NCBI GenBank assembly: GCA_034422655.1
Contig: DAOUJN010000039.1
Location: 80,937 to 144,936 of the forward strand
Length of the DNA: 64,000 bases
Source: Dehalococcoidia bacterium
GTDB lineage: Bacteria; Chloroflexota; Dehalococcoidia; Lucifugimonadales; UBA3495
Reading direction: 5' to 3'
The notes beneath the pieces are model-generated. The model was not told the origin of the DNA and did no database searches. It saw only the letters and a list, made by a program, of their open reading frames with translations. This document shows positions 43,929 through 52,578 of this stretch, piece after piece (the stretch's first letter is position 1; the number at the start of each line of letters is the position of its first letter). Made by a program: the position numbers and the translations under genes.

Positions 43929-44034
43929 GATACGCCGTGCCATTACTATGAGCGGGGTGTCCGGCTATACCATCCGCGGGCTCATTTAACTAAAATTGCC
44001 CCGCCATTCAAACTGACCGCATTCGGAGGTAAAG

Positions 44035-44994
44035 GTGCGAAGCATAGACATTCATGCTCACGTCACACCGCAGTCCTATTTGAGCGCAATGAAGGAAGGA
44101 CGGGGGTGGCACGGGGTTGAACCCGAACCCCTGGATATTGAACCCCAGTTGGAATGGACGCCCGAACAGCGAATCAGGGACATGGACTCCCTGGGCGTGG
44201 ACGTTCAGGTGGCCTCCACGGGCGCCCAGTTTTACTACTACGGTAGGGACGGCCGGGAAATCGCCGCCATGCACCGGGAGTGCAACGACGAAGTCCACCA
44301 GATGACCATCGACCATCCGGACCGGTTCAAGGGCCTGGCCCAGATTCCCATGCAGGACGTGGACCTGGCCATTGCTGAGCTGGACCGCTGCGTCAACCGG
44401 CTGGGCATGGTGGGGGCGATGATCGACGACAAGGTAAACGGCAAGACCTTTGACGAGCCCGAGTTCCTGCCCCTGTGGAAGGCGGCGGAACAGATGGGCG
44501 CGGTCTTCCTGATCCACCAGGGCGGCGGAACGCTGGTTGCGCCCCGCACACGCAAATACCACCTGCCCAATACCATCGGCAACCTGGTGGACCGGGCCGT
44601 AACCTTCGCCTCCTTCGTAATGGGCGGCGTGATGGATGCCTGTCCTGATTTGAAGATTTGCCTGGCCCACGGCGGCGGCTACGCCTGCTACGGCGTTGGC
44701 CGCATGGACCGAAGCTGGGACGTGGGCCGCCTGCCCCAGATACCCCAGCCTCCCAGCGCCTACCTGAGCCGCTTCTATTACGATTGTCTGACCCACAGCG
44801 AATCGGCCCTGCGGATGCTCATCGACATGGCCGGCATCGACAAGGTGGTCTTCGGCACCGACTGGCCCTTCGACATGCAGATTGACTGGCCCGTTTCCTG
44901 GGTGCTGAGCCTGGAGAGCCTGACCCAGGACGAGAAGGAAGCCATCCTGTGGAAGAACATGGAGAAGCTGCTGGGAATAAGCAGCGACGATTAA
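44035..44994 (+). CDS. Amidohydrolase_2 (ACMSD/decarboxylase-type) family protein, paralog 1
   Basis: GTG start after GGAGG. MRSIDIHAH (HxH), IHQ, AHGGG, and GTDWPFD. Confidence 0.8.
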   Translation: MRSIDIHAHVTPQSYLSAMKEGRGWHGVEPEPLDIEPQLEWTPEQRIRDMDSLGVDVQVASTGAQFYYYGRDGREIAAMHRECNDEVHQMTIDHPDRFKGLAQIPMQDVDLAIAELDRCVNRLGMVGAMIDDKVNGKTFDEPEFLPLWKAAEQMGAVFLIHQGGGTLVAPRTRKYHLPNTIGNLVDRAVTFASFVMGGVMDACPDLKICLAHGGGYACYGVGRMDRSWDVGRLPQIPQPPSAYLSRFYYDCLTHSESALRMLIDMAGIDKVVFGTDWPFDMQIDWPVSWVLSLESLTQDEKEAILWKNMEKLLGISSDD

Positions 44995-45010
44995 GGAACT
45001 GGAGGTACCA

Positions 45011-45967
45011 GTGCGCAGCATAGATATACACGCCCACCTGACACCGCAGTGCTTCATCCATGCCATGCGGGAGGGACGCGAGTGGCACGGGGTCAAGCCC
45101 GGCGAAATGGGGATCGGCCCCCGTAACTCCTGGACTCCGGAGCAGCGCATCGACGACATGAACTCCCTGGGCGTTGACGTTCACGTGGTGTCCACCTTCA
45201 GCTTTTATTACTACTACGAACGGGACCCGCAGATAATCCTGCCCATGCACCGGGAGTGCAACGACGAGGTCTACCAGATGACGGTGGACTATCCCGACCG
45301 GTTCAAGGGAATGGCCATTATCCCCATGCAGGACGTAAAGCTGGCCGTCGGGGAACTGGACCGGTGCGTCAACGAAATGGGCTTCGTGGGCGCCATGATC
45401 GACGACCACGTCAACGGCAAGACCTACGACGAGCCGGAATTCATGCCCCTGTGGAAAGCCGCCGAGGAAATGGGCGCCGTACTGCTGGTCCACCAGCAGG
45501 GCGGGCGGACTCTGGTGCGGGACCGCAACCCCAACTATCACCTGCACAACACCATCGGCAACCTGGTGGACCGGGCGGTGACCTTCGCGTCCTTTGTCTT
45601 TGGCGGCGTCATGGACGCCTGCCCCGATTTGCGGGTCTGCCTGTGCCACGGCGGCGGTTACACCTGTTTCGGCGCCGGCCGCATGGACCGGGGCTGGCAG
45701 GTGCGGCCCGAGGCCCGGGTGAACATCAGCAACCCGCCCAGTTCCTACCTGAGCAAGTTTTACTACGACTGCCTGACCCACAGCGAGCCGGCCCTGCGGA
45801 TGCTGATTGACACCGTGGGCATCGACAAGGTCATTTTCGGAACGGACTGGCCGGCGGACATGATGATAGACTGGCCCGTGTCCTGGGTCCTGGGGCTGGA
45901 AAGCCTGACCCAGGAAGAGAAGGAAGCCATTCTCTACAAGAACCTGGAAAACCTGCTGGGCATCTGA
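45011..45967 (+). CDS. Amidohydrolase_2 family protein, paralog 2
   Basis: GTG start after GGAGG. Same ligand motifs. About 67% identical to paralog 1 over the first 60 aa by eye. Confidence 0.8.
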   Translation: MRSIDIHAHLTPQCFIHAMREGREWHGVKPGEMGIGPRNSWTPEQRIDDMNSLGVDVHVVSTFSFYYYYERDPQIILPMHRECNDEVYQMTVDYPDRFKGMAIIPMQDVKLAVGELDRCVNEMGFVGAMIDDHVNGKTYDEPEFMPLWKAAEEMGAVLLVHQQGGRTLVRDRNPNYHLHNTIGNLVDRAVTFASFVFGGVMDACPDLRVCLCHGGGYTCFGAGRMDRGWQVRPEARVNISNPPSSYLSKFYYDCLTHSEPALRMLIDTVGIDKVIFGTDWPADMMIDWPVSWVLGLESLTQEEKEAILYKNLENLLGI

Positions 45968-46022
45968 CCAGCGCCCAATCCACCGTGAATCCTGGCGCCT
46001 CCAAATTTCACAAGGGAACCCC

Positions 46023-46979
46023 ATGCGAAGCATAGATATTCACGCACATTCGACCCCCCAGTGCTTTCAGCGGGCGGTGCTGTCCGGCAACGACTGGCAC
46101 GGAATGACCGCCGCTGACGGCGAGCTTTTCAATCCCCGCAACGCCTGGACGCCCGACCAGCGCATCGCCGACATGGACTCCATCGGCGTGGACATCCAGG
46201 TGGTTTCCACCAACGCCGGTTTCTACCAGTACGGCAGGGACGTGGCGGTAACCGCCGCCATTTGCCGCGACTGCAACGACGAAATCCACCAGATGACCAT
46301 GGACTACCCTGATCGTTTGGCGGGCCTGGCCAACATTCCTATGCAGGATGCCAACGCGGCCATCGCCGAACTGGACCGGGCCGTCCACCAGCTTGGTTTC
46401 AAGGGCGCCATGATCGGCGACCAGGTCAACGGCAAGACCCATGACGAGCCCGAGTTTATGCCCATCTGGAAAGCGGCAGAGCAGATGGGGGCGGTCATCT
46501 TCATCCACCAGGGCGGCGGCACCATCGGTGCGAGACGGCAGCCCAGGTATCACGTTCTCAATACCATTGGCAACCCTTCCGACCGCGCCGTTACTTTCGC
46601 GTCCTTCACCTTCGGCGGCGTGATGGACAAGTGCCCCGACCTGAAGGTTATCCTGGCCCACGGCGGCGGCTACGCCTGCTTCGGCATCGGCCGCATGGAC
46701 CGGGGCTGGCAGGTGCGTTCCGAGGCCCGAGAGCACATCAACCGCCCGCCCAGCAGCTATCTCGACAAGTTCTACTACGACTGCCTCACCCACAGCGAAC
46801 CGGCCCTGCGAATGCTCATAGACTCGGTGGGCATCGACCGTGTGGTCCTGGGCAGCGACTGGCCTGCCGACATGAAGATTGACTGGCCCGTGTCCTGGGT
46901 GATGGGGCTGAAGAGCCTTACCCTGGACGAGAAGGAAGCCATTCTCTGGAAGAATTTGGAGAAGATGCTGGGGTTGTAG
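46023..46979 (+). CDS. Amidohydrolase_2 family protein, paralog 3
   Basis: MRSIDIHAH, IHQ, AHGGG, and GSDWPAD. Confidence 0.8.
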   Translation: MRSIDIHAHSTPQCFQRAVLSGNDWHGMTAADGELFNPRNAWTPDQRIADMDSIGVDIQVVSTNAGFYQYGRDVAVTAAICRDCNDEIHQMTMDYPDRLAGLANIPMQDANAAIAELDRAVHQLGFKGAMIGDQVNGKTHDEPEFMPIWKAAEQMGAVIFIHQGGGTIGARRQPRYHVLNTIGNPSDRAVTFASFTFGGVMDKCPDLKVILAHGGGYACFGIGRMDRGWQVRSEAREHINRPPSSYLDKFYYDCLTHSEPALRMLIDSVGIDRVVLGSDWPADMKIDWPVSWVMGLKSLTLDEKEAILWKNLEKMLGL

Positions 46980-47015
46980 CCCCACCGACACCGACCAAAC
47001 AGGAGCTTGAAATCC

Positions 47016-47978
47016 ATGCGTTCCATCGACATTCACGCCCATATCAGCCCCGAGGGTTACATTCGCGCGGTGGAGGCCGGAAGGGAGTGGTATGGCATCA
47101 GCGGCATGTCCCATGAGTTTCACATGGCGGTGCCGCGCACCATGTGGACTCCGGAGCAGCGGCTTACCGACATGGACTCCCTGGGCGTGGACGTCCACGT
47201 TCTGTCCACCAACGCCGTCTTGTATTGCTACGACCGGGACGCCAACACCGTTGCCGCCATGGACCGGGAGTGCAATGACTACGTGTCACAGCTGACCAAA
47301 GACCATCCCGACCGGTTCGCCGGCCTGGCCAACCTGCCCATGCAGGACGTGCCCGCCGCCGCCACCGAACTGGAACGGGCCATGACCCAGCTGGGGCTGA
47401 AGGGCGCGATGATTGACGACAGCGTCAACGGCAAGACCTACGACAATCCCGAGTTCTTCCCCGTCTGGGAGGTGGCCGAGCAGACCGGCGCGGTCATCCT
47501 GATTCACCAGGGCATGCAGACCGTGGTGGGGGACCGCTCCACCCGCTACCACCTGCCCAACACCATCGGCAACCTGGTGGAGCGGGCCATTACCTACGCC
47601 TCATTCGTATTCGGCGGGGTGATGGACAGGTACCCGGGGCTGCGGGTATGCCTGTCCCACGGCGGCGGTTACACCTGCTTCGGCGCCGGGCGCATGGACC
47701 GGGGCTGGCAGGTGCGGTCGGAGGCGCGGGTCAACATAAACAGGCCCCCCAGCGCCTACCTGGACCGCTTCTGGTACGACTGCCTTACCCACAGCGAACC
47801 GGCCCTGCGGATGCTCATCGACTCGGTGGGTATCGACAAGGTAATCTTCGGCACCGACTGGCCCTTCGACATGCAAATCGACTGGCCCGTGTCCTGGGTG
47901 CTGGGCCTGGAAAGCCTGACCCAGGACGAAAAGGAAGCGATACTTTATCGGAACCTGGAAAACCTGTTGGGGATTTAA
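47016..47978 (+). CDS. Amidohydrolase_2 family protein, paralog 4
   Basis: ATG at 47016 after AGGAG (the ORF opens at 47007). Same motifs. Confidence 0.8.
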   Translation: MRSIDIHAHISPEGYIRAVEAGREWYGISGMSHEFHMAVPRTMWTPEQRLTDMDSLGVDVHVLSTNAVLYCYDRDANTVAAMDRECNDYVSQLTKDHPDRFAGLANLPMQDVPAAATELERAMTQLGLKGAMIDDSVNGKTYDNPEFFPVWEVAEQTGAVILIHQGMQTVVGDRSTRYHLPNTIGNLVERAITYASFVFGGVMDRYPGLRVCLSHGGGYTCFGAGRMDRGWQVRSEARVNINRPPSAYLDRFWYDCLTHSEPALRMLIDSVGIDKVIFGTDWPFDMQIDWPVSWVLGLESLTQDEKEAILYRNLENLLGI

Positions 47979-48047
47979 GGTAAGAGCAAGTGACGGCAGC
48001 TCGAATGAGCGAATCCGATAATTTGGCAAGTTACGTTCCATTTCTAC

Positions 48048-48415
48048 CGTCATTCCGGCGAAAGCCGGAATCCAGAAGGCGGTACCGATGAAACAACCTT
48101 GCGTTTACATCCTCGCGAGCAAGCGGAACGGCACGCTTTACGTGGGTGTGACTTCTGATCCAGTCAAAAGGATCTGTCAACACAAGAATAACTTTGCGCC
48201 AGGATTCAGCAGCAGGTACGGTACCCACCTGTTGGTGTGGTACGAACTTCACGAAAACATGGAAAGCGCAATTACCCGCGAAAAGAGGCTTAAGGACTGG
48301 AATCGCCCCTGGAAGCTGGTGTTGATAGAGAAGGACAACCCCACATGGCGGGATTTGTACCCTGACATTGTCGGGACTTAAGCATTCCTGGATTCCGGCT
48401 TTCGCCGGAATGACG
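48048..48415 (+). mobile_element. GIY-YIG nuclease cassette bounded by perfect 28-bp inverted repeats
   Basis: Left end CGTCATTCCGGCGAAAGCCGGAATCCAG (48048..48075). The right end (48388..48415) is its exact reverse complement. Each end is itself a hairpin (ATTCCGGC-gaaa-GCCGGAAT). AT-richer than its flanks. Confidence 0.6.
48088..48381 (+). CDS. GIY-YIG (URI-domain, COG2827/UPF0213-type) nuclease
   Basis: CVYILASKRNGTLYVGVTSD...R...H...E..LK pattern of the small GIY-YIG family. Confidence 0.8.
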   Translation: MKQPCVYILASKRNGTLYVGVTSDPVKRICQHKNNFAPGFSSRYGTHLLVWYELHENMESAITREKRLKDWNRPWKLVLIEKDNPTWRDLYPDIVGT

Positions 48416-48486
48416 CTAAATGTTTGGTGGTTTGAGTCCGGTTTTCAAGAAATTATCCTTGTAATGCAAATACAGGAGACATGCAA

Positions 48487-49482
48487 ATGCGCAGCATAGA
48501 CATCCACGCCCACATTGCGCCGCTGGCGGCGGCCCAACTGCCCGAGGGGCAGACCTGGCACGGTTTCACCCGCCGGGAAATGAACGGGCGGCAATTCCTG
48601 GTGCAGGGCGACAAACGCCAGTGGCTCCATCCCGCCTACTCCCTCACCGCCGATGAGCGCATCGCCTACATGGACTCGGTGAACGTGGACATACACGTCC
48701 TCACCACCTGGGTGGGCATGTACAACTACGACCTGCCCGGCGACGTGGGCGCGGGGATCGCCCGGGAGTGCAACGACTACGTGGCGGGATTGACGCGCTC
48801 CCATCCCGACCGGTTTGCCGGCATGGCCACCCTGCCCATGCAGGACGTGGGCGCCGCCGTCGCGGAACTGGAGCGTTCCGTCAACCAACTGGGCCTGAAG
48901 GGGGCGCAGATTGCCGACCACGTCAACAACAAGACCCTGGACCACGAGGACTTCATCCCCTTCTGGTCGGCAGCGGAGCAGCTTGGGGCGTTGATTTTCT
49001 TCCACCAGGAGGGCGACGATACCATCGTCAAGCCCCGGGACACCAAGGGCTGGGCCATCGACAACTCCATCGGCAACCTCTCCGACCGTGTGGTTACCTT
49101 CGGCACCCTGGTATTCGGCGGGGTGCTGGACCGCTTCCCCGACCTGAAGGTGTGCCTGGCCCACGGCGGCGGGTTCACCTGCTTCGGCGCCGGCCGCCTG
49201 GACCGGGGCTGGCAGGTGCGCTCGGAAGCCCGGGAACTGGGCGCCAACATTCCCAGCACCTATCTCAACAAGGTCTACTATGACTGCCTGACCCACAGCG
49301 AAGCGGTGCTGCGGTACATGATCGACTCGGCGGGCATCGACCGCATCTTCCTGGGCAGCGACTACCCCTACGACATGGGCATTGACGAACCCACCGCCTG
49401 GGTGAACAGCCTGGAGAGCCTTACCCAGGACGAGAAGGACGCCATTCTCTGGAAGAACCTGGAAAGGGTGTTGGGTGTCTAG
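48487..49482 (+). CDS. Amidohydrolase_2 family protein, paralog 5 (most divergent)
   Basis: MRSIDIHAH, FHQ, AHGGG, and GSDYPYD. The ORF opens at 48481 (MQM...). Confidence 0.8.
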   Translation: MRSIDIHAHIAPLAAAQLPEGQTWHGFTRREMNGRQFLVQGDKRQWLHPAYSLTADERIAYMDSVNVDIHVLTTWVGMYNYDLPGDVGAGIARECNDYVAGLTRSHPDRFAGMATLPMQDVGAAVAELERSVNQLGLKGAQIADHVNNKTLDHEDFIPFWSAAEQLGALIFFHQEGDDTIVKPRDTKGWAIDNSIGNLSDRVVTFGTLVFGGVLDRFPDLKVCLAHGGGFTCFGAGRLDRGWQVRSEARELGANIPSTYLNKVYYDCLTHSEAVLRYMIDSAGIDRIFLGSDYPYDMGIDEPTAWVNSLESLTQDEKDAILWKNLERVLGV

Positions 49483-49519
49483 AAGAGAGATTCCTGCGAG
49501 GTAATACGGTGAGAAATGC

Positions 49520-49557
49520 GGGGCAGCCAATACGGTTGCCCCGGCGTGTTTCTATTT
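49520..49557 (+). terminator. Terminator after the amidohydrolase array
   Basis: GGGGCAGCC-aatac-GGTTGCCCC followed by a T-rich run. Confidence 0.5.
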
Positions 49558-49575
49558 GGTTTGGCGGGCGGATGC

Positions 49576-49584
49576 TGGTATGAT
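49576..49584 (+). promoter_or_regulatory. Extended -10 element TGgTATGAT
   Basis: Read directly from the sequence, about 40 nt upstream of the VOC gene. Confidence 0.35.
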
Positions 49585-49622
49585 AGCGCCATACTCAAAA
49601 CACGGAAAAACGGAGGAAGCCC

Positions 49623-50012
49623 ATGCTTGATGATCCCATTAGGCTCAAGAACATAAACCACATAACCTATAACGTGAAGGACAAGGACGCCGCCCTGAAG
49701 TGGTACGAGGATTACCTGGGCCTGAAGCAGATTCCCAAGATGGTCAACAGCGACCACCTGTACTGGCTGCAACTTCCCAGCGGCGCCATGGTCCACATCA
49801 TCGAAAACCCGGAAGCCCCGTCTGCGCCTTCCCACCACACCGCCTTTGAGGTTGACGACATCGAGGCTTCCCACAAGTACTTCAACAACCGGGGCATCGA
49901 GACCACGGACATCCAGACCCGCAACGACGGCCAGCGGGCCTTCTACATCAACGACCTGGACGGCAACCGCATAGAGCTTTGCACCGTTTCGGGCTTCGGG
50001 GTGCTGGTTTAG
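49623..50012 (+). CDS. VOC-family (glyoxalase-like) protein
   Basis: INHITYNVKDKDAALKWYEDYLG...HTAFEVDD...DLDGNRIEL. Confidence 0.75.
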   Translation: MLDDPIRLKNINHITYNVKDKDAALKWYEDYLGLKQIPKMVNSDHLYWLQLPSGAMVHIIENPEAPSAPSHHTAFEVDDIEASHKYFNNRGIETTDIQTRNDGQRAFYINDLDGNRIELCTVSGFGVLV

Positions 50013-50079
50013 TTCGACCTGGCGCCGCCGCAGACAGTTCGCTAATCACTGAACCGACCTTCATAAAGGAGGAAAGCAC

Positions 50080-51003
50080 ATGAAGCTGGCCTTTTTTGAC
50101 GATTACAGGCTGGGCGTGGTCAAGGGTGACAACCTGGTGGACGTTTCGTCCGCCGTCAGCGGTGTTGCCCACACCTCGCCGCAGGACCTGATAAACCGGG
50201 TAATCGAGGGGTTTGACGGGCACCGCGCCGCCATTGAAGCCATCGTAAATGCGGAAGACGGGTTGCCCATCAGTTCGGTGCACGTGCGACCGCCCCTGCC
50301 CAAGCCCTACACCATCGTCTGCATGGCGGTCAACTACATGGAGGACGGGACCAGGGACGAACCGGCCCCCATCAACGCCTTCCAGAAGTCGCCCCACTGC
50401 GTTGTCGGCCCCGACGAAACCATAATCCTGCCCGACATTCCCGCCACCATCTTTGAGTTCGAGGCGGAGATGGCCTTCGTCATCGGCAAGCGGGCGGAGT
50501 TCGTGAAGCCGGAAGACGCCTACGATTACATCTTTGGCTACCTGAACTTCATTGACGGCTCGGCCCGCGGGGTGCTGCCCCCGGGCAACACCTTCTACCA
50601 GATGAAGTCCAGGGCAACCTTCGCGCCCATCGGGCCCTACATCGTTACCGCCGACGAGTACACCGACCCCCTGAACCGGCAGGTGGTGCTGAAGGTCAAC
50701 GGGGAAGTCAAGCAGAACTACAACACCAGCGACATGGCCCACCAGATTCCCAGGATTATGGAGTGGGTTACATCCATTCATCCCCTGGAGCCCGGCGACA
50801 TCGTGGCCACCGGCACCAACCACCGGGGCCTGAGCGCCCTGATGGACGGGGACGTGATCGACCTGGAGTGCGAGGGCCTTGGCAACCTGCACCTCAACGT
50901 CCGGGACGACCTGAAGCGCACCTGGGCGCGGGAGACCCGCCTGGACCGCCAGAACCAGGGCTTTGACACGACCACCCCGCAGTTGACGGGCAAATACAGC
51001 TAG
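50080..51003 (+). CDS. Fumarylacetoacetate hydrolase (FAH) family protein
   Basis: RBS AAGGAGG. CMAVNY...FEAEMAFVIGK...TGT FAH-fold motifs. Confidence 0.85.
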   Translation: MKLAFFDDYRLGVVKGDNLVDVSSAVSGVAHTSPQDLINRVIEGFDGHRAAIEAIVNAEDGLPISSVHVRPPLPKPYTIVCMAVNYMEDGTRDEPAPINAFQKSPHCVVGPDETIILPDIPATIFEFEAEMAFVIGKRAEFVKPEDAYDYIFGYLNFIDGSARGVLPPGNTFYQMKSRATFAPIGPYIVTADEYTDPLNRQVVLKVNGEVKQNYNTSDMAHQIPRIMEWVTSIHPLEPGDIVATGTNHRGLSALMDGDVIDLECEGLGNLHLNVRDDLKRTWARETRLDRQNQGFDTTTPQLTGKYS

Positions 51004-51158
51004 GCGCACGGCGCCCGTCCGACAGCAGGAATGACGGCTTGGCCAAGGGGCTCCCGGACCGCATGGCCGGGAGCCCCTTCATTGGAGCCGGTTGTCGCCG
51101 CCGGTCGCTCACAGCAGTCACTCTTACATAGGGCAAGACCACCCTTTGGAGGCATTTC

Positions 51159-52526
51159 GTGGACATTACCAGCCGTATCGCGGAGTACGTTACCGACCTC
51201 GGAATCGAGGACTTCCCGCCCGAAGCGGTGGAGGCTGCCAGGGGAGCGATCATGGACTGCCTGGCCTGCATGCTGGCCGGCAGCAGGGAAGACCTGGCCG
51301 ACATACTCTGCCGCTACGTCGCCGCCGAGAGCGCCGCCCCCGTTGCCGGCGTGGTGGGCAGAGGCTTCAAGACTTCGGCGGCCAACGCGGCCCTGGTTAA
51401 CGGGGCTATGGCCCACGCGCTGGACTACGACGACATTACCCAGGTTACGAAGACGCACCCCACGGCCGTCCTGCTGCCGGCCGCGCTGGGCGTGGCGGAG
51501 GAAGCGGGGGCTTCCTGCCGGGAACTGCTGCTCGGCTATATGACCGGCTTCGAGGTGGCCTGCGCCGTGGGCGAGTCCTTGAGCGAAGCCTATTACGATG
51601 ACCTGGGCTGGCATCCCACCGGCCCGCTGGGCGCTGTCGGGGCAGCGGCGACGGCCAGCAAGATTATGGGCCTGGACGCAGAGCGCACGGCTATGGCCAT
51701 TTCCCTGGCGGCTTCCCAGGCATCGGGGCTGCGGCAGAACTTCGGCACCATGACCAAGCCCTTCCACGCCGGCGACGCCGCCCGGGCCGGGGTGGCTGCG
51801 GCCCGGCTGGTGCGGGCGGGCTTTACCGCCAGTCCGGACGCGCTGGAGGGCCGGTTCGGGTTCATCCGTGCCTTCTCAGGCGGGCAGGGTTTCGACGCCG
51901 CGGAGGTTGTGCAAAACCTGTCTAGCAAATGCTACCTGGTCGAATCGGGCATCGAAATCAAGAAGTACCCCTGCTGCGGCAGCGCCCACCTGGCCCTGGA
52001 CGCCACCTTCAGCCTGCTGTCCCACGGCGACATTGACCCCCGAGCGGTGGACAGAATAGAAGTGATGGTGGACTTCGACCCGCCTCGCTCGCTGATACAC
52101 TCCCGCCCCACGTCGTCGCTGGAGGGCAAGTTCAGCATGCAGTACTGCCTGGCCGCCGCCCTGCTGGATCGCCGGGTGGGGCTGCAGTCCTTTTCCGACG
52201 AGCAGGTACTGAGGCCCGAGGCCCAGGCGCTGATTCCGCGCATAGATATGCAGCGCATTCCGGGGAACGAGGGCAAACCCAGCTGGACCGAGGGCTACCA
52301 CCAGGTTGACGTATACCTGAAGGACGGCGCCGTGCTAAGGGGGGAGGCCCATCGAGCCAGCAGCGGCGCCCTGAGGGGTGTAACCATGGACGACATCCGG
52401 GAGAAGTTCCAGGACTGCGCCTTGCAGAATCTGCCCGATGCAACGGTGGCGATGCTACTGGACTGCCTGGGCCGGCTGGACGAAGCGGAACCGGTCAGCG
52501 AACTGGCGGACCTGCTCCGGGGCTGA
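51159..52526 (+). CDS. MmgE/PrpD family protein
   Basis: GTG start after GGAGG. AxxAIMDCLACMLAG, ALDYDD, HP motif, and full length of 455 aa. Confidence 0.85.
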   Translation: MDITSRIAEYVTDLGIEDFPPEAVEAARGAIMDCLACMLAGSREDLADILCRYVAAESAAPVAGVVGRGFKTSAANAALVNGAMAHALDYDDITQVTKTHPTAVLLPAALGVAEEAGASCRELLLGYMTGFEVACAVGESLSEAYYDDLGWHPTGPLGAVGAAATASKIMGLDAERTAMAISLAASQASGLRQNFGTMTKPFHAGDAARAGVAAARLVRAGFTASPDALEGRFGFIRAFSGGQGFDAAEVVQNLSSKCYLVESGIEIKKYPCCGSAHLALDATFSLLSHGDIDPRAVDRIEVMVDFDPPRSLIHSRPTSSLEGKFSMQYCLAAALLDRRVGLQSFSDEQVLRPEAQALIPRIDMQRIPGNEGKPSWTEGYHQVDVYLKDGAVLRGEAHRASSGALRGVTMDDIREKFQDCALQNLPDATVAMLLDCLGRLDEAEPVSELADLLRG

Positions 52527-52578
52527 GATTCTCGAATACGCCCCCGTACCCGTGGCCGCAGCGCCGCCGTAAACTATT

